A stretch of 64,000 bases of DNA, taken from positions 13,603 to 77,602 of the IMG/VR virus record IMGVR_UViG_3300020431_000008. One strand, given 5' to 3'. Source of the stretch: a virus (lineage: Duplodnaviria; Caudoviricetes). Each line of letters opens with the position of its first letter. The first letter of the stretch is position 1. Of the stretch, positions 19,268 through 29,154 are shown in pieces. The notes below the pieces were generated by a model. That model saw only the letters and a program-made list of their open reading frames with translations, ran no database searches and was not told the DNA's origin. A program made the translations under genes and the position numbers.

Positions 19268-20437
19268 TTAATAAACAGCAACATATAAACTATCAGTGGG
19301 GTCCATTACAGAGCTAGCGTATCCAGTTAAAGCATGAATTACTCTAATATATTCACCACCAGAAAATGTATATGTAGGACTTCTCATAACAGCACCACTA
19401 TATCTAGTAGATGAACTGGTTTCACGATATGCATAATATTTGGAGTTGTCTTGAGCAATCTGTGCATCTCCCACTGATACAATAGTACTAGATCCCCCAT
19501 CTGCAGTTAATTTATATGTATCACCAATACCATTATCTGCACCAGTGTATGGAGAACCTGTTGATGTTGCTGTAGAAAATCTACCAGTACCAAGAGTGGT
19601 GGACATAGTTGAATAAGTATAACCAGATGCTGTCTGAGGAGTCACAGGAAATCCTAGTGAAGAAGTTCCAGATATTTGTGATGTATAGGTCTGCCATCCA
19701 GAACCACTACCTCCATTAGGAGTATTAAATATCCAGGATGATACAAGAGTGGTGCCACTTAAAACTTGAACTCCTGCAATTGGAATATCATTATAGTAAA
19801 CTGTTGATGCAGTAACTTTCACTCCAATATATACTCTCCCTGTTCCAGAAAAGTTTGTTTGAACCTCTCCAACATCATATGGACCATTATAATCAGCGTT
19901 GGTGTTACTCATATATGCACCAGAATCAATAAATCTATTACTAATTTCATAGAATGATGATGTAATATCTTGTCCTATTGCAGTAGCAGCATCTGCTATC
20001 GTTAAATTTCCTGTCTCAGATAGGATATCACCACTAATTGAACCTCTTCTAATTTCAATTTTAACAATATTTGATTCTGATAGATCATCTCCAACTGGTC
20101 TAATAGAAAAACTTCCAGAATTATTAGTAATTGCAAAACTTCCAGATACTGATCCACTATTAAAATCAGAACCAACTACCGTTGTTCCAGAAACAGTTGC
20201 AATACTATAATACAATGTTGTACCATCGGGCATGCCGGATGTAGTCACAGTAATTGTATTATTTGTTTCCTCATTTAAAGAAGTTCCATTACTATTTGAA
20301 ACAGATTCTACTTGAAATTGAGGCCATTTATCAGAAATTTTTGAATTGTATTGATCATAGGTATCAAATAAACCACCAGCAGCGGTTGTTGATGTTGATT
20401 GTTTTGAACCAATAATTCCTGAATTACCTCTCATCAT
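19268..20437 (-). CDS. Putative fibre / receptor-binding structural protein
   Basis: 389 aa, Ser/Thr/Gly-rich, N-terminal GNSGIIG motif, Ig-like middle segment. Confidence 0.65.
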   Translation of the reverse strand: MMRGNSGIIGSKQSTSTTAAGGLFDTYDQYNSKISDKWPQFQVESVSNSNGTSLNEETNNTITVTTSGMPDGTTLYYSIATVSGTTVVGSDFNSGSVSGSFAITNNSGSFSIRPVGDDLSESNIVKIEIRRGSISGDILSETGNLTIADAATAIGQDITSSFYEISNRFIDSGAYMSNTNADYNGPYDVGEVQTNFSGTGRVYIGVKVTASTVYYNDIPIAGVQVLSGTTLVSSWIFNTPNGGSGSGWQTYTSQISGTSSLGFPVTPQTASGYTYSTMSTTLGTGRFSTATSTGSPYTGADNGIGDTYKLTADGGSSTIVSVGDAQIAQDNSKYYAYRETSSSTRYSGAVMRSPTYTFSGGEYIRVIHALTGYASSVMDPTDSLYVAVY

Positions 20438-21402
20438 ACATCTCCAGTATTAGTTGATGGGAATGCTCTTCCAGCACCCCAAATAATTCTTACTGCTCCA
20501 GGTCCACCCTTACCACCTTTGTTATCAGTGCCACCGCCGCCACCACCACCAAAGTCACCACCAGTTCTTGGTTCGGTTCCATCAACAGGATTATAGAAAA
20601 TACTTGATGTTGTTATATCACCACCACCGGCATATCCATCACCACCATCAGATCCTCCACCACCAGCACTATTATTTGTCACAGTTCCACTAGAACCCTC
20701 TCCAAGGAGACCTGTTCCACCACCTCCATATCCCTTGTCAACACCATTGTTTCCTCCACCTGCACCGCCGCCACCAGATCCATCGGTGGGATAATTTCCA
20801 ATTCTATCATATCCACCATTGCCACCATTACCAGAATATCCTCCAGCTCCACCACCCCCTTGTGGACCATATCCACTAGAGACTGGTGCAATTACTCCAC
20901 CACCATTACCACCACCATCACCAGTATAAGTTCCACCACTACTGGTTGAGTTGTATTGTCCACTACCTCCTCCTCCTCCTTTTACAGTAGAATTGTTGAT
21001 GAAATAACTAGCGCCACCAGAACTATTACTGTTGGGGTAATATCCAGCATCACCGCCATACCCAATAGCAACAATATATGATTGTCCAGGTGTTACAGGA
21101 ATATTATTTTTCCATCCAAGACCACCACCTCCGCCAGCACCTATAGAATGAGTTCCGCCATTATAGTACAATCCGCCACCTCCACCACCAATACAAACAA
21201 CACAAACAGAAGTTACACCAGCAGGAGCAGTCCAATAATAGACAGATGTTGTATTACCAGATGATCCTGAATGTGTATAAGTTGCCTGTCCTCCCAACAC
21301 ATTTGGGTTTAAAAATATTGAATTTGCATCATAAATGGCACTGTCACTAGAAGATAACTCACCTTTCCCTACTATACTTCCGTTTCTGGTATAAAATGGC
21401 AT
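20434..21402 (-). CDS. Glycine-rich putative fibre-tip / adhesin protein
   Basis: 322 aa with many GGGGG runs, WTAPAGVTSVCVVCIGGGGGG and GGPGAVRIIWG motifs. Confidence 0.7.
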   Translation of the reverse strand: MPFYTRNGSIVGKGELSSSDSAIYDANSIFLNPNVLGGQATYTHSGSSGNTTSVYYWTAPAGVTSVCVVCIGGGGGGLYYNGGTHSIGAGGGGGLGWKNNIPVTPGQSYIVAIGYGGDAGYYPNSNSSGGASYFINNSTVKGGGGGSGQYNSTSSGGTYTGDGGGNGGGVIAPVSSGYGPQGGGGAGGYSGNGGNGGYDRIGNYPTDGSGGGGAGGGNNGVDKGYGGGGTGLLGEGSSGTVTNNSAGGGGSDGGDGYAGGGDITTSSIFYNPVDGTEPRTGGDFGGGGGGGTDNKGGKGGPGAVRIIWGAGRAFPSTNTGDV

Positions 21403-21404
21403 AA

Positions 21405-21779
21405 TTACTCACTAATCTCTTCGTATGAACAAGTTGCGCTTAAGTCGCCAGCAACACTTGCCTGAACATATAATGACATATCTTCCTCTAAGTAAATTGA
21501 AGTATCTTTTGAAATAACAACCAAAGTTGCATCTCCAGGTACACTAATTGTATTTGCTAATGTGGAAAAGGTACTATTGCCAGCAGCATTTCTGAGTGTT
21601 ACAGTTATATCAGCAGCGTTTGATCCATCAATATTGGCAATTATCAATGAATTTATTTTAAATATTTTTCCTGATGATGCAGCATTATTTACAAGAGAAG
21701 CGGCACTTGACGCAATATCAGCATCATATGCAGTCTTTCCATATATACTTGCAACAGATACTATATTTGGATTCGCCAT
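21405..21779 (-). CDS. Small beta-rich virion structural protein
   Basis: MANPNIVSVASIYGKT...SYEEIS, 124 aa; SD GGAG and late promoter upstream. Confidence 0.7.
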   Translation of the reverse strand: MANPNIVSVASIYGKTAYDADIASSAASLVNNAASSGKIFKINSLIIANIDGSNAADITVTLRNAAGNSTFSTLANTISVPGDATLVVISKDTSIYLEEDMSLYVQASVAGDLSATCSYEEISE

Positions 21780-21799
21780 TATTTAAATTCTCCTTTGTA

Positions 21800-21810
21800 T
21801 ATTTATTTAG
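21800..21810 (-). promoter_or_regulatory. Tandem late promoter motifs (CTAAATA/ATAAATA)
   Basis: tatttatttag on plus strand upstream of ORF start 21779. Confidence 0.6.
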
Positions 21811-21812
21811 AA

Positions 21813-24464
21813 TTAGCCAAAAACCATTGCTAACGCAATTGACTTTCCTGCAGTGATACCGCCACCTCCTCCACCACCAGAAGAAGCAAGCGTTATGGTA
21901 TCTGTACTTGCATCAGTAGTAATGGTCATATTACTACCAGCAACAAGTGTTAAGGTGTCAGTAGCACTATCAGCAACTACATCACTTTGTCCAGAGACTG
22001 AAATAGTTTTAAATGAATCTGAAGCACTTCCACCTCCACCAGAAATGGTAACCTCAGAAATACCAGTAATTCTACCATTAGCATCTACAGTAATGGCAGC
22101 AACATTAGATGCATCCCCATAAGTAGCAGCAGAAGCCCCAGTCAATCCTGTAAGATTAGCACCACTAGAAGCAGGCAAAGTCGCAGGGAATCTAGCATCA
22201 GGAATAGTTCCAGAACCTAAGTTTGATGCATTCAATGAAGTAAGACTTGCACCACTTCCATCACTTAGAAGAAGTGTTCCTGCAGTTGCTGGAAGTTTTA
22301 TAATTGGATTTCCACTAAAATCACCATGATCCGGTGCTTGAAGTCTGGCATAATGTACATTGTTTGACTCACAATATAAATCAAGTCTACCAGAAGTTCC
22401 ATCATCACTTTTGATAGAAACAATATTTGTTGCAGTAATAATACCAGTGGTGTTGATAGAAACTGTCGTACCAATTCCAACTGATGCTTTCTTTCCCTCT
22501 CTGTCACTAAAAGAAATTTCTCCTGAAGTAGACTGATGTATTCTAACAGTTGTTGCAGTACCAATAATAATTTCATCAATACCTTCAATTTTTTTTGCAA
22601 TTGGATCTAGAGTGATTGATCCTTGACCAATAGTAAGAACACCAGTAACCCTAGCATCACCATCAACTAGTAGTGTAGTTGATCCAACCCCAAGATGAAT
22701 TGTACCAATACCAGTACTGATTGTAGAGACACCTACTACATTAATACCTCCTGCCAGAACATCAATACCAGTTCTTGCAGTTATAAGACCAACAGAGTCA
22801 ATGTTAGTTACATCATCATAAGTAATTGTTCCACCAACACTCAGATTACCAGTAAACTGACCATCACCAGCAACATGAAGAGCAAAGTCAGTTCTTGCAG
22901 TAGCACCAATACCAACATTTTTCGTTGTGTGAATACCGGCAGATCCCACTGTCCAAGTTCCTCCCGCACCAGTCCCACCACCACTCGGAGCAAATTTAAA
23001 TTTCTTATGCTTATCCTCTCCAGTTTGACTTAAGTCAATCTGAAGAACCATTCCATCATAGGCATTGATGTTTGTAGTAATGCCTGCGATATCGTCAAGA
23101 TATTGAAGTCTCGTTTCTCCACCACCGCCTATGGTAGAGAGTTGAGTTGTGATTCTATTGATGAATAATCTATAATGATTTGATAGATCGTCAAGAGTTG
23201 CAAAATTCTGATCAAGTGGTGTTATTGGATCAGTTTGTCCACCTGCCTTTTCTTTTACTGATGGTGGTTCATTGAGAAGATAATTTTCTTCTAATGTTTT
23301 TTGATCTTTTTTGATTAAAGATGATATCTTATTTAATTCTTTCAGTCCCAATTTCAATGAGAATATATCATCCTTGATATTTGAGATATCATCATCATAG
23401 TATTTAACTTTGGGTAAAAGTGAAACCTCCTCCTTCAAATTATTGAAAAACTGAAAAAGTGTTTCGTCTGTTTTTACACTTTGCTCATTAAATTCTTTGA
23501 TTTCACTCTTAAGAGATTGCTTTAATTTATTTTGCTCACCAAGAATAGATTTTTTTAATTTCTTATCATCATCTTTAAACTCTCTATGATATTCCCAAAT
23601 TTTTAACGATGATTTGCTGAGTTCAGAATATATATTACACTTTGTTTCTTCTAATTTAGAATTTGTAGTCTTAATGCTTTCATTTAGACTTTCACTTAAG
23701 TTTTTAACATTAATATTTTGTTCAAATTCTTTAACACTGATTGTTTCAGAGAGTTCGGATACCTCTGATTCAATTTTATTTTTAATTGATGATAAATGAC
23801 CTTGAACTTTTTCAAAATCTTCATCAATAGTGTTAAAAGTATTTCCAATCCATCTAAAGTCAGGAACATCACGATCTTTAACTTCTTTTAATTGCTCATT
23901 AAGTGACTGTATGTCATCATCATATTGTTTGATTTCTGGAAGATTTTCAATTCCTTCAAAAATTTGTTGAATTTGTTGACAAATTGATTCAATATCTGAA
24001 TCATAATACTTAATTTCTGGAACTTGGGGTATTTTTGATTCAATTTCAGATAATTTTACCTTTAATTCCTCATTTCTTTCATCTAACTCATAAATTTTAT
24101 CACTTTTAACATCGAACAGTGACAAATTTTCTTGAATTTCGACAATCTTTTCACTTATTTCGCATAATTCTGTATCATAATATTTAATTTCAGGTATTTC
24201 AGGTATATTTTTTCTTACATCATTAACCAGACGCACTAATTCTGACCATTCAGGTGCTTTTATAAGATCAACTACTTCTAAAGATGACCCATCATCTACA
24301 TTTTCTGTGGTTTGAGTATCTTCTTCAATAATATTTTGATTTGATTCTGAAATATATTCTTCTACTGAAGGAAATACTTCCTTCTTTCCCATCAAATCCT
24401 TATAAGATGGTAAATCATTACTTCCAAGGTAATCATTTATTGATGGCAGATCTTTTTTAGACAT
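21813..24464 (-). CDS. Long coiled-coil plus fibre-like virion protein
   Basis: 883 aa; helical N-half with PEIKYYD-type repeats; Gly/Thr-rich fibre-like C-half ending GKSIALAMVFG. Confidence 0.75.
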   Translation of the reverse strand: MSKKDLPSINDYLGSNDLPSYKDLMGKKEVFPSVEEYISESNQNIIEEDTQTTENVDDGSSLEVVDLIKAPEWSELVRLVNDVRKNIPEIPEIKYYDTELCEISEKIVEIQENLSLFDVKSDKIYELDERNEELKVKLSEIESKIPQVPEIKYYDSDIESICQQIQQIFEGIENLPEIKQYDDDIQSLNEQLKEVKDRDVPDFRWIGNTFNTIDEDFEKVQGHLSSIKNKIESEVSELSETISVKEFEQNINVKNLSESLNESIKTTNSKLEETKCNIYSELSKSSLKIWEYHREFKDDDKKLKKSILGEQNKLKQSLKSEIKEFNEQSVKTDETLFQFFNNLKEEVSLLPKVKYYDDDISNIKDDIFSLKLGLKELNKISSLIKKDQKTLEENYLLNEPPSVKEKAGGQTDPITPLDQNFATLDDLSNHYRLFINRITTQLSTIGGGGETRLQYLDDIAGITTNINAYDGMVLQIDLSQTGEDKHKKFKFAPSGGGTGAGGTWTVGSAGIHTTKNVGIGATARTDFALHVAGDGQFTGNLSVGGTITYDDVTNIDSVGLITARTGIDVLAGGINVVGVSTISTGIGTIHLGVGSTTLLVDGDARVTGVLTIGQGSITLDPIAKKIEGIDEIIIGTATTVRIHQSTSGEISFSDREGKKASVGIGTTVSINTTGIITATNIVSIKSDDGTSGRLDLYCESNNVHYARLQAPDHGDFSGNPIIKLPATAGTLLLSDGSGASLTSLNASNLGSGTIPDARFPATLPASSGANLTGLTGASAATYGDASNVAAITVDANGRITGISEVTISGGGGSASDSFKTISVSGQSDVVADSATDTLTLVAGSNMTITTDASTDTITLASSGGGGGGGITAGKSIALAMVFG

Positions 24465-24506
24465 TTTATAAGTAAATAATACTTTAGGATTTCTCTCCCT
24501 GAGTAT

Positions 24507-24514
24507 TATTTATA
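24507..24514 (-). promoter_or_regulatory. Late promoter TATAAATA
   Basis: Perfect consensus upstream of ORF start 24464. Confidence 0.75.
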
Positions 24515-24531
24515 CTGTAATCATATAATAG

Positions 24532-24963
24532 TCAATCTTCTTTTTGTTGTTTTGCCCATTCATCGGGTATTAAATTATGCTTATTTTTAAACTGATTATG
24601 CAATTGAGTGGGAGTTATCTTATATTCAGAGCAAATACCTCTCATCAACCTATCAATTGACTTATAGGAGGCATTTTTGAGGTTTAATAATTCTTTTTCA
24701 AGAACTATTATTGCTTTTGAGATCTTATCTTCATCTTTTTTGACCTCTGAAAACAAAAATGTCTCAAAAACTTTTGCACTTTTTAATAATTGTTCTTTTT
24801 CTTTTGATTTTTTATTACTCTTTTTTTCAATCTTCTTTTTTTCTTCACTTAAACTTGCGAAAAGATCTCCTAGAGACACTTCTCCAATTAATTCTTTCTT
24901 CTTTTTTTCTTTTTGCTTCTTCTCTTCACTAACAAGACTGAAGAAATCTCCTAAATTACTCAT
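24532..24963 (-). CDS. Hypothetical Lys/Glu-rich protein
   Basis: 143 aa with duplicated LGDF/LF.S.SEEKK motif. Confidence 0.7.
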   Translation of the reverse strand: MSNLGDFFSLVSEEKKQKEKKKKELIGEVSLGDLFASLSEEKKKIEKKSNKKSKEKEQLLKSAKVFETFLFSEVKKDEDKISKAIIVLEKELLNLKNASYKSIDRLMRGICSEYKITPTQLHNQFKNKHNLIPDEWAKQQKED

Positions 24964-24988
24964 TTTATAAGCAAAAAATTTCTTTTTA

Positions 24989-25411
24989 TTATTTATCTTG
25001 TTGAGCTTGCTTCAACATTTTCTGAAGGTCAGCAGTGGAACCAACAAATAAAGCATTGTTAACTGTAGTGGGTCCTTTTTGGTCCTTTTCTTCACTAACA
25101 TCCTTCAGTTTCTTTTGAAGATCCATCAGTTTGTCTGTTGCATCTGAAACACTTTTGATTAATTGACCAGCAACTTCATATGCCCTGGGCATTTCACTCT
25201 CTTGAGCAAGTTCAAGAATACCATTTATAGCTTCTTGACCCTTTTCAATGATTGAATACAAATTACCCCTGGTATATTCATAGTCTTTACGAATATCTTC
25301 TGAGGTGCTTTTAATTTTTTGGATTTTTTCATCAAAATCCTCCTTCTTTACTTCTAGTGTTGTTGGCGTAACATCAAATGTTTCATTCAATTTATCAAAC
25401 TTGTCAGACAT
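24989..25411 (-). CDS. gp16: Terminase small subunit
   Basis: DYEYTRGNLY, PRAYEVAGQLIK, NNALFVGSTADLQKML; follows gp15. Confidence 0.93.
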   Translation of the reverse strand: MSDKFDKLNETFDVTPTTLEVKKEDFDEKIQKIKSTSEDIRKDYEYTRGNLYSIIEKGQEAINGILELAQESEMPRAYEVAGQLIKSVSDATDKLMDLQKKLKDVSEEKDQKGPTTVNNALFVGSTADLQKMLKQAQQDK

Positions 25412-25424
25412 GATTCAATCTCCA

Positions 25425-26435
25425 TCAAAAGGTGTTGCCATCAAATCCAAAATCGTCTCCTGATTCAATGTATGTTGCATCTATTTTAGTGATACTGTAA
25501 ATTGCAGCACCTGATGCATGAATTTGTGGTTTTGTGTTATCTTGAGCTCTCCTGACAGTGATCCTATTTCCACTGATATCTTTAATGTACATATTCTCTT
25601 GTCCAATGTAGACATAAGATCCAACAGGGACTAATGTCCCATCATCAACTGTAATTACAGTTTCGTCTTTTTCAACATTAACCGCAAGTTGAGTTAGTAA
25701 TGACTCATCATAGTCTTTAGTTGCTCTTGGTTCAACCTTGTAACTAACATCTCTTGAATATGTTGTTCCTGATGCAGTTGCTTTTGTTCCAGAAATATAA
25801 CCAACCTGGACTTTCTTAATGACATCACCAGTGACATCAGATATAGGACCATACAACATGGTTTTTGCAGTGAATCTTATTGTATATACAAGTGATCTTC
25901 TTGTATCAAAGTTTCCTTCATAGTCATCTTCCATAGAAATGGATTCAAGTTGAACAGGAACATTTTGTACTTCTTTTAGTTCACCTAAAAACTTGATAGG
26001 AAGGGTGTATGCAGGTTGAAAATATGGTAAAATTTGCTCTACAATTTGAAGCATATCATCATTGAGTTTGGTCATAATAGACAACTCAATAGTCATATTG
26101 TAAGGTACAGGCATAAAAACCTTTTTGACCTTCTCACCATTATCAGTTACAACATAAAATGCTTGTGTTTGAGTAGCCTTTCTAGAAGGATCATACTGTA
26201 GATCAGTAAACTCAAAAGACATTCTAGGAAGAGTGATCTGAACTGGTTTGTTCAGGTCTCTTTCCTGCTCTAATCTAGCAAGAAACTTCTGTGTGGGTCC
26301 ATAAGCAAGAGGGACTTTGACTACACTGAATACATCTTGGCTAGAATCTTTCTGCTTGATCTCAATGCCATTGAAGAGAGATCCAAATCCAATAATTACG
26401 GATCTGAAAATCTCATTATAGAAATATTCAAACAT
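25425..26435 (-). CDS. gp15: Tail sheath terminator, with C-terminal extension
   Basis: KVPLAYGPTQKFLARL, LPRMSFE, VPYNM, QILPYFQP. Confidence 0.94.
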   Translation of the reverse strand: MFEYFYNEIFRSVIIGFGSLFNGIEIKQKDSSQDVFSVVKVPLAYGPTQKFLARLEQERDLNKPVQITLPRMSFEFTDLQYDPSRKATQTQAFYVVTDNGEKVKKVFMPVPYNMTIELSIMTKLNDDMLQIVEQILPYFQPAYTLPIKFLGELKEVQNVPVQLESISMEDDYEGNFDTRRSLVYTIRFTAKTMLYGPISDVTGDVIKKVQVGYISGTKATASGTTYSRDVSYKVEPRATKDYDESLLTQLAVNVEKDETVITVDDGTLVPVGSYVYIGQENMYIKDISGNRITVRRAQDNTKPQIHASGAAIYSITKIDATYIESGDDFGFDGNTF

Positions 26436-26457
26436 TGTTACAACTTGACTATACTTC

Positions 26458-26464
26458 TATTTAG
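26458..26464 (-). promoter_or_regulatory. Late promoter (CTAAATA) upstream of gp15
   Basis: tatttag on plus strand between gp14 and gp15. Confidence 0.6.
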
Positions 26465-27868
26465 TTAAGGCATTCCAAATGGATTTCTGGTATTGAAATC
26501 AATGATTTGATCTGCTGCAAATTCAATATTATCATTGTCTGCATATGGTGAGACAAGATCATCTGTATTAAGAGAATTGATTACATGTGTAGCACCTGAT
26601 TCTTGACCAATAATTGTTTCTCCTATCCCATAAGTTCCAGAAACAATGGAAATCTCTAATGTATTAGCAGAAGCATCATATTGCTTAACTCTGGCTTCTG
26701 TAAGAGATGTCTGACCAATAACAACTTCATTGAATATAAAAGATCCACCAAATTCTGATCCAATACCTGAAGCAGAGGGGAATGTGACATTAGGTACAAT
26801 TGTATACCCACAACCAGCATTAGTTATACAGACATATGTGACTATTCCTGCTTTATTAACTACACCAGTTCCAGTAGCAGTTATAAATCCAGAATTAGTT
26901 GCTCCTGTATACCCAATTGAAATATCTACATTACCTGTATAACCAGATCCAACATTGGTAACATTAATAAATTGTACTGAACCACCTGTGCATATACCTG
27001 TTGTAGCAGCAGCACCAGTTCCTCCACCACCTTCGAAGGTGACCATAGGTTCAACTGTATACCCACAACCACTATTAGTCATACAAACTGTGAATACCTT
27101 ACCAGTACCAATACCTTTACATCCAATGTATTGATCTGTAATTGTTACAATACCCTCTGCTGTTACACCACCAGATGGGGCAGAACTAAATGCAACATGA
27201 GGAGTACTAGTGTATCCCCTTCCCATATTTGTGATATTGATGTTCTGGACAGAACCACTTGTGCATATTCCAGCAGCTGCAGTGGCAGTTGCTCCAACTC
27301 CTATGAGACCAAGAGTTTGAATATATCCAAGTTGTTCAATTTCCTTATCAATCTCATCAATGCCAGTGTCTAGAACCTCATCCTCATATCTGAAGAGTTC
27401 ACATCTTAACTGATAAACATAGTTCTTCTGTAGTTGATAGAAAGGTAATTCATGCTCTACATATTTAATCTCCATCAATCTATCCCCAAGAGGAAAATAG
27501 ACCAAATCGCCTTCTTTAGGTCTCTCTGCTAATTCAATATTAGGTAAATCTCTAATTAATGGAGTGATGTATGATTCATATCTTTCTCTTGATATAATAA
27601 GAGTCAGATCGTCATTATTCTGAATACCAAACTTGGATAACAAAGTTCCTTGACCGCCATATCCTTCATAGTTATCCACATATGCTTCAATTGGATAAGC
27701 ACTAGTAAATTCAGATTGAATGACCTCTTTAATTACAGTGTTCTTTTTTAAATATTTTCTAGGAATATAATATACTTCAACGCCATACATCTTCAATTGT
27801 TCATTGACCAGACTCTGAATCAGACCCTGTTCACCTTTACTGCCGTTTAGAAAAAATGGATTGAGCAT
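26465..27868 (-). CDS. gp14: Neck protein with internal insertion
   Basis: LNPFF, YGVEVYYIPR, RPKEGDLVYFPL, FYQLQKNYVYQLRCELF, NPFG terminus. Confidence 0.93.
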   Translation of the reverse strand: MLNPFFLNGSKGEQGLIQSLVNEQLKMYGVEVYYIPRKYLKKNTVIKEVIQSEFTSAYPIEAYVDNYEGYGGQGTLLSKFGIQNNDDLTLIISRERYESYITPLIRDLPNIELAERPKEGDLVYFPLGDRLMEIKYVEHELPFYQLQKNYVYQLRCELFRYEDEVLDTGIDEIDKEIEQLGYIQTLGLIGVGATATAAAGICTSGSVQNINITNMGRGYTSTPHVAFSSAPSGGVTAEGIVTITDQYIGCKGIGTGKVFTVCMTNSGCGYTVEPMVTFEGGGGTGAAATTGICTGGSVQFINVTNVGSGYTGNVDISIGYTGATNSGFITATGTGVVNKAGIVTYVCITNAGCGYTIVPNVTFPSASGIGSEFGGSFIFNEVVIGQTSLTEARVKQYDASANTLEISIVSGTYGIGETIIGQESGATHVINSLNTDDLVSPYADNDNIEFAADQIIDFNTRNPFGMP

Positions 27869-27872
27869 AACA

Positions 27873-28745
27873 TCAACCTATAAGATCTAATGGTGGAAGT
27901 TCATAAGTACTCATCATCTTTTGTTTAATTTCATCAAGTTCTCTTTGTCCATCGTCAAATATTGCTCTACCATTAAACTCAAGACCACCAGGCAATTTAA
28001 CACCTTGGAACTTGATAAGATTCTGCCCCCATTGTCTCTTAATAAGAGCAGTCAAATACGGTTTCAAGAAAGAATCATTCCAAACTCTTGCATATTCATT
28101 GGGATCCATTGATCTCCAACAATCAAGAACAATAAATTCACCTTCTTTAAGAGTACTCCAGTCAATATCAAGATACATTCTATCTGACCTTTGATTAAAT
28201 CTAATCTGCTTGTGAGTATTGAGGACAAAATTCATTGTCTCCAAATAACTCATAGTCATATCATATGATAGAAGATCAAAACCACCTGATCCTCCCCACG
28301 TTCCAAAATAATCACTAAGCATCAATTGATATTTTACATTCCACATCCCACTTCCACTGTAGGAACCATCAAATTGGAACACCTTATTGATTCCAATAAT
28401 ATCTGGTGTTACTTGTATATAATTATTGTTCTCATAATATGTAAATGTTTTAGCAGTTCCTGCAATAGTTGATGAAGCACTAGTAGAAGTGATTCCTGTT
28501 GTTCCTGCACTACTTGTAGGAGCACCAGGAGGACGTGCTCTACCTCTATCTACATCTTCCTGAGAAATTCTGTATTTTAGATATACCTGTTCAACACCAT
28601 CAAAGTGTCTTTCTTGAAAAAACTGAATAGCGTCATCTACTAAGTCTTCAACTTGCTCTTCAGCAACATTGATTTCTAAGACAGGTGCTCCCAACTGTCT
28701 TAAGCAATAATCTATTAGTTCTTGTCGTGTAGTAGGTTGAGCCAT
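27873..28745 (-). CDS. gp13: Neck protein
   Basis: PTTRQELIDYCLRQLGAPVLEINV, QWGQNLIKF.GVKLPGG. Confidence 0.95.
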   Translation of the reverse strand: MAQPTTRQELIDYCLRQLGAPVLEINVAEEQVEDLVDDAIQFFQERHFDGVEQVYLKYRISQEDVDRGRARPPGAPTSSAGTTGITSTSASSTIAGTAKTFTYYENNNYIQVTPDIIGINKVFQFDGSYSGSGMWNVKYQLMLSDYFGTWGGSGGFDLLSYDMTMSYLETMNFVLNTHKQIRFNQRSDRMYLDIDWSTLKEGEFIVLDCWRSMDPNEYARVWNDSFLKPYLTALIKRQWGQNLIKFQGVKLPGGLEFNGRAIFDDGQRELDEIKQKMMSTYELPPLDLIG

Positions 28746-28764
28746 TATACACTATATTTTTTAC

Positions 28765-28771
28765 TATTTAT
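28765..28771 (-). promoter_or_regulatory. Late promoter (ATAAATA) upstream of gp13
   Basis: Overlaps the stop codon of ORF 28768-29154. Confidence 0.55.
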
Positions 28772-29154
28772 GGGGCAGATGAAATGCCACCTTGAACCAG
28801 TACGTATCCTTCTGCTAATCTGTAAAGACTTGATCCTGAACTGACAAGAATGTCATAAACATATCTTCCTGGTGTAATAGGATCAGTTTGTGTAGAACCA
28901 AGGGAAATTTCAAATCTGCCAGAAGTTGCACTGGTAAATCCTACATTGAATGTAGCTACAGAAACTGATGAAGATCCAACAGAAACTGATTTGGTCATCT
29001 GTGATGATCCACTATAACCAGTAAAATCAAAATCAGTGGAATCATTATTCTTTACATGGAATGTTGATCTAAAATCAGCACCACTAAAGACAGATAGGTT
29101 GACTCCATATGCTACACCAGCAGCAGGGTCAAATGTAATAGTATTATTTGCCAT
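28768..29154 (-). CDS. Small structural protein (beta-sandwich-like)
   Basis: 128 aa with GADF, PGRYVYDILV motifs; in virion operon. Confidence 0.7.
   Translation of the reverse strand: MANNTITFDPAAGVAYGVNLSVFSGADFRSTFHVKNNDSTDFDFTGYSGSSQMTKSVSVGSSSVSVATFNVGFTSATSGRFEISLGSTQTDPITPGRYVYDILVSSGSSLYRLAEGYVLVQGGISSAP

Noticed and set aside
24780-24930. Low-complexity T-rich tract as a regulatory or frameshift element
   Set aside because: Explained by Lys/Glu codons of ORF 24532-24963, which stays in frame
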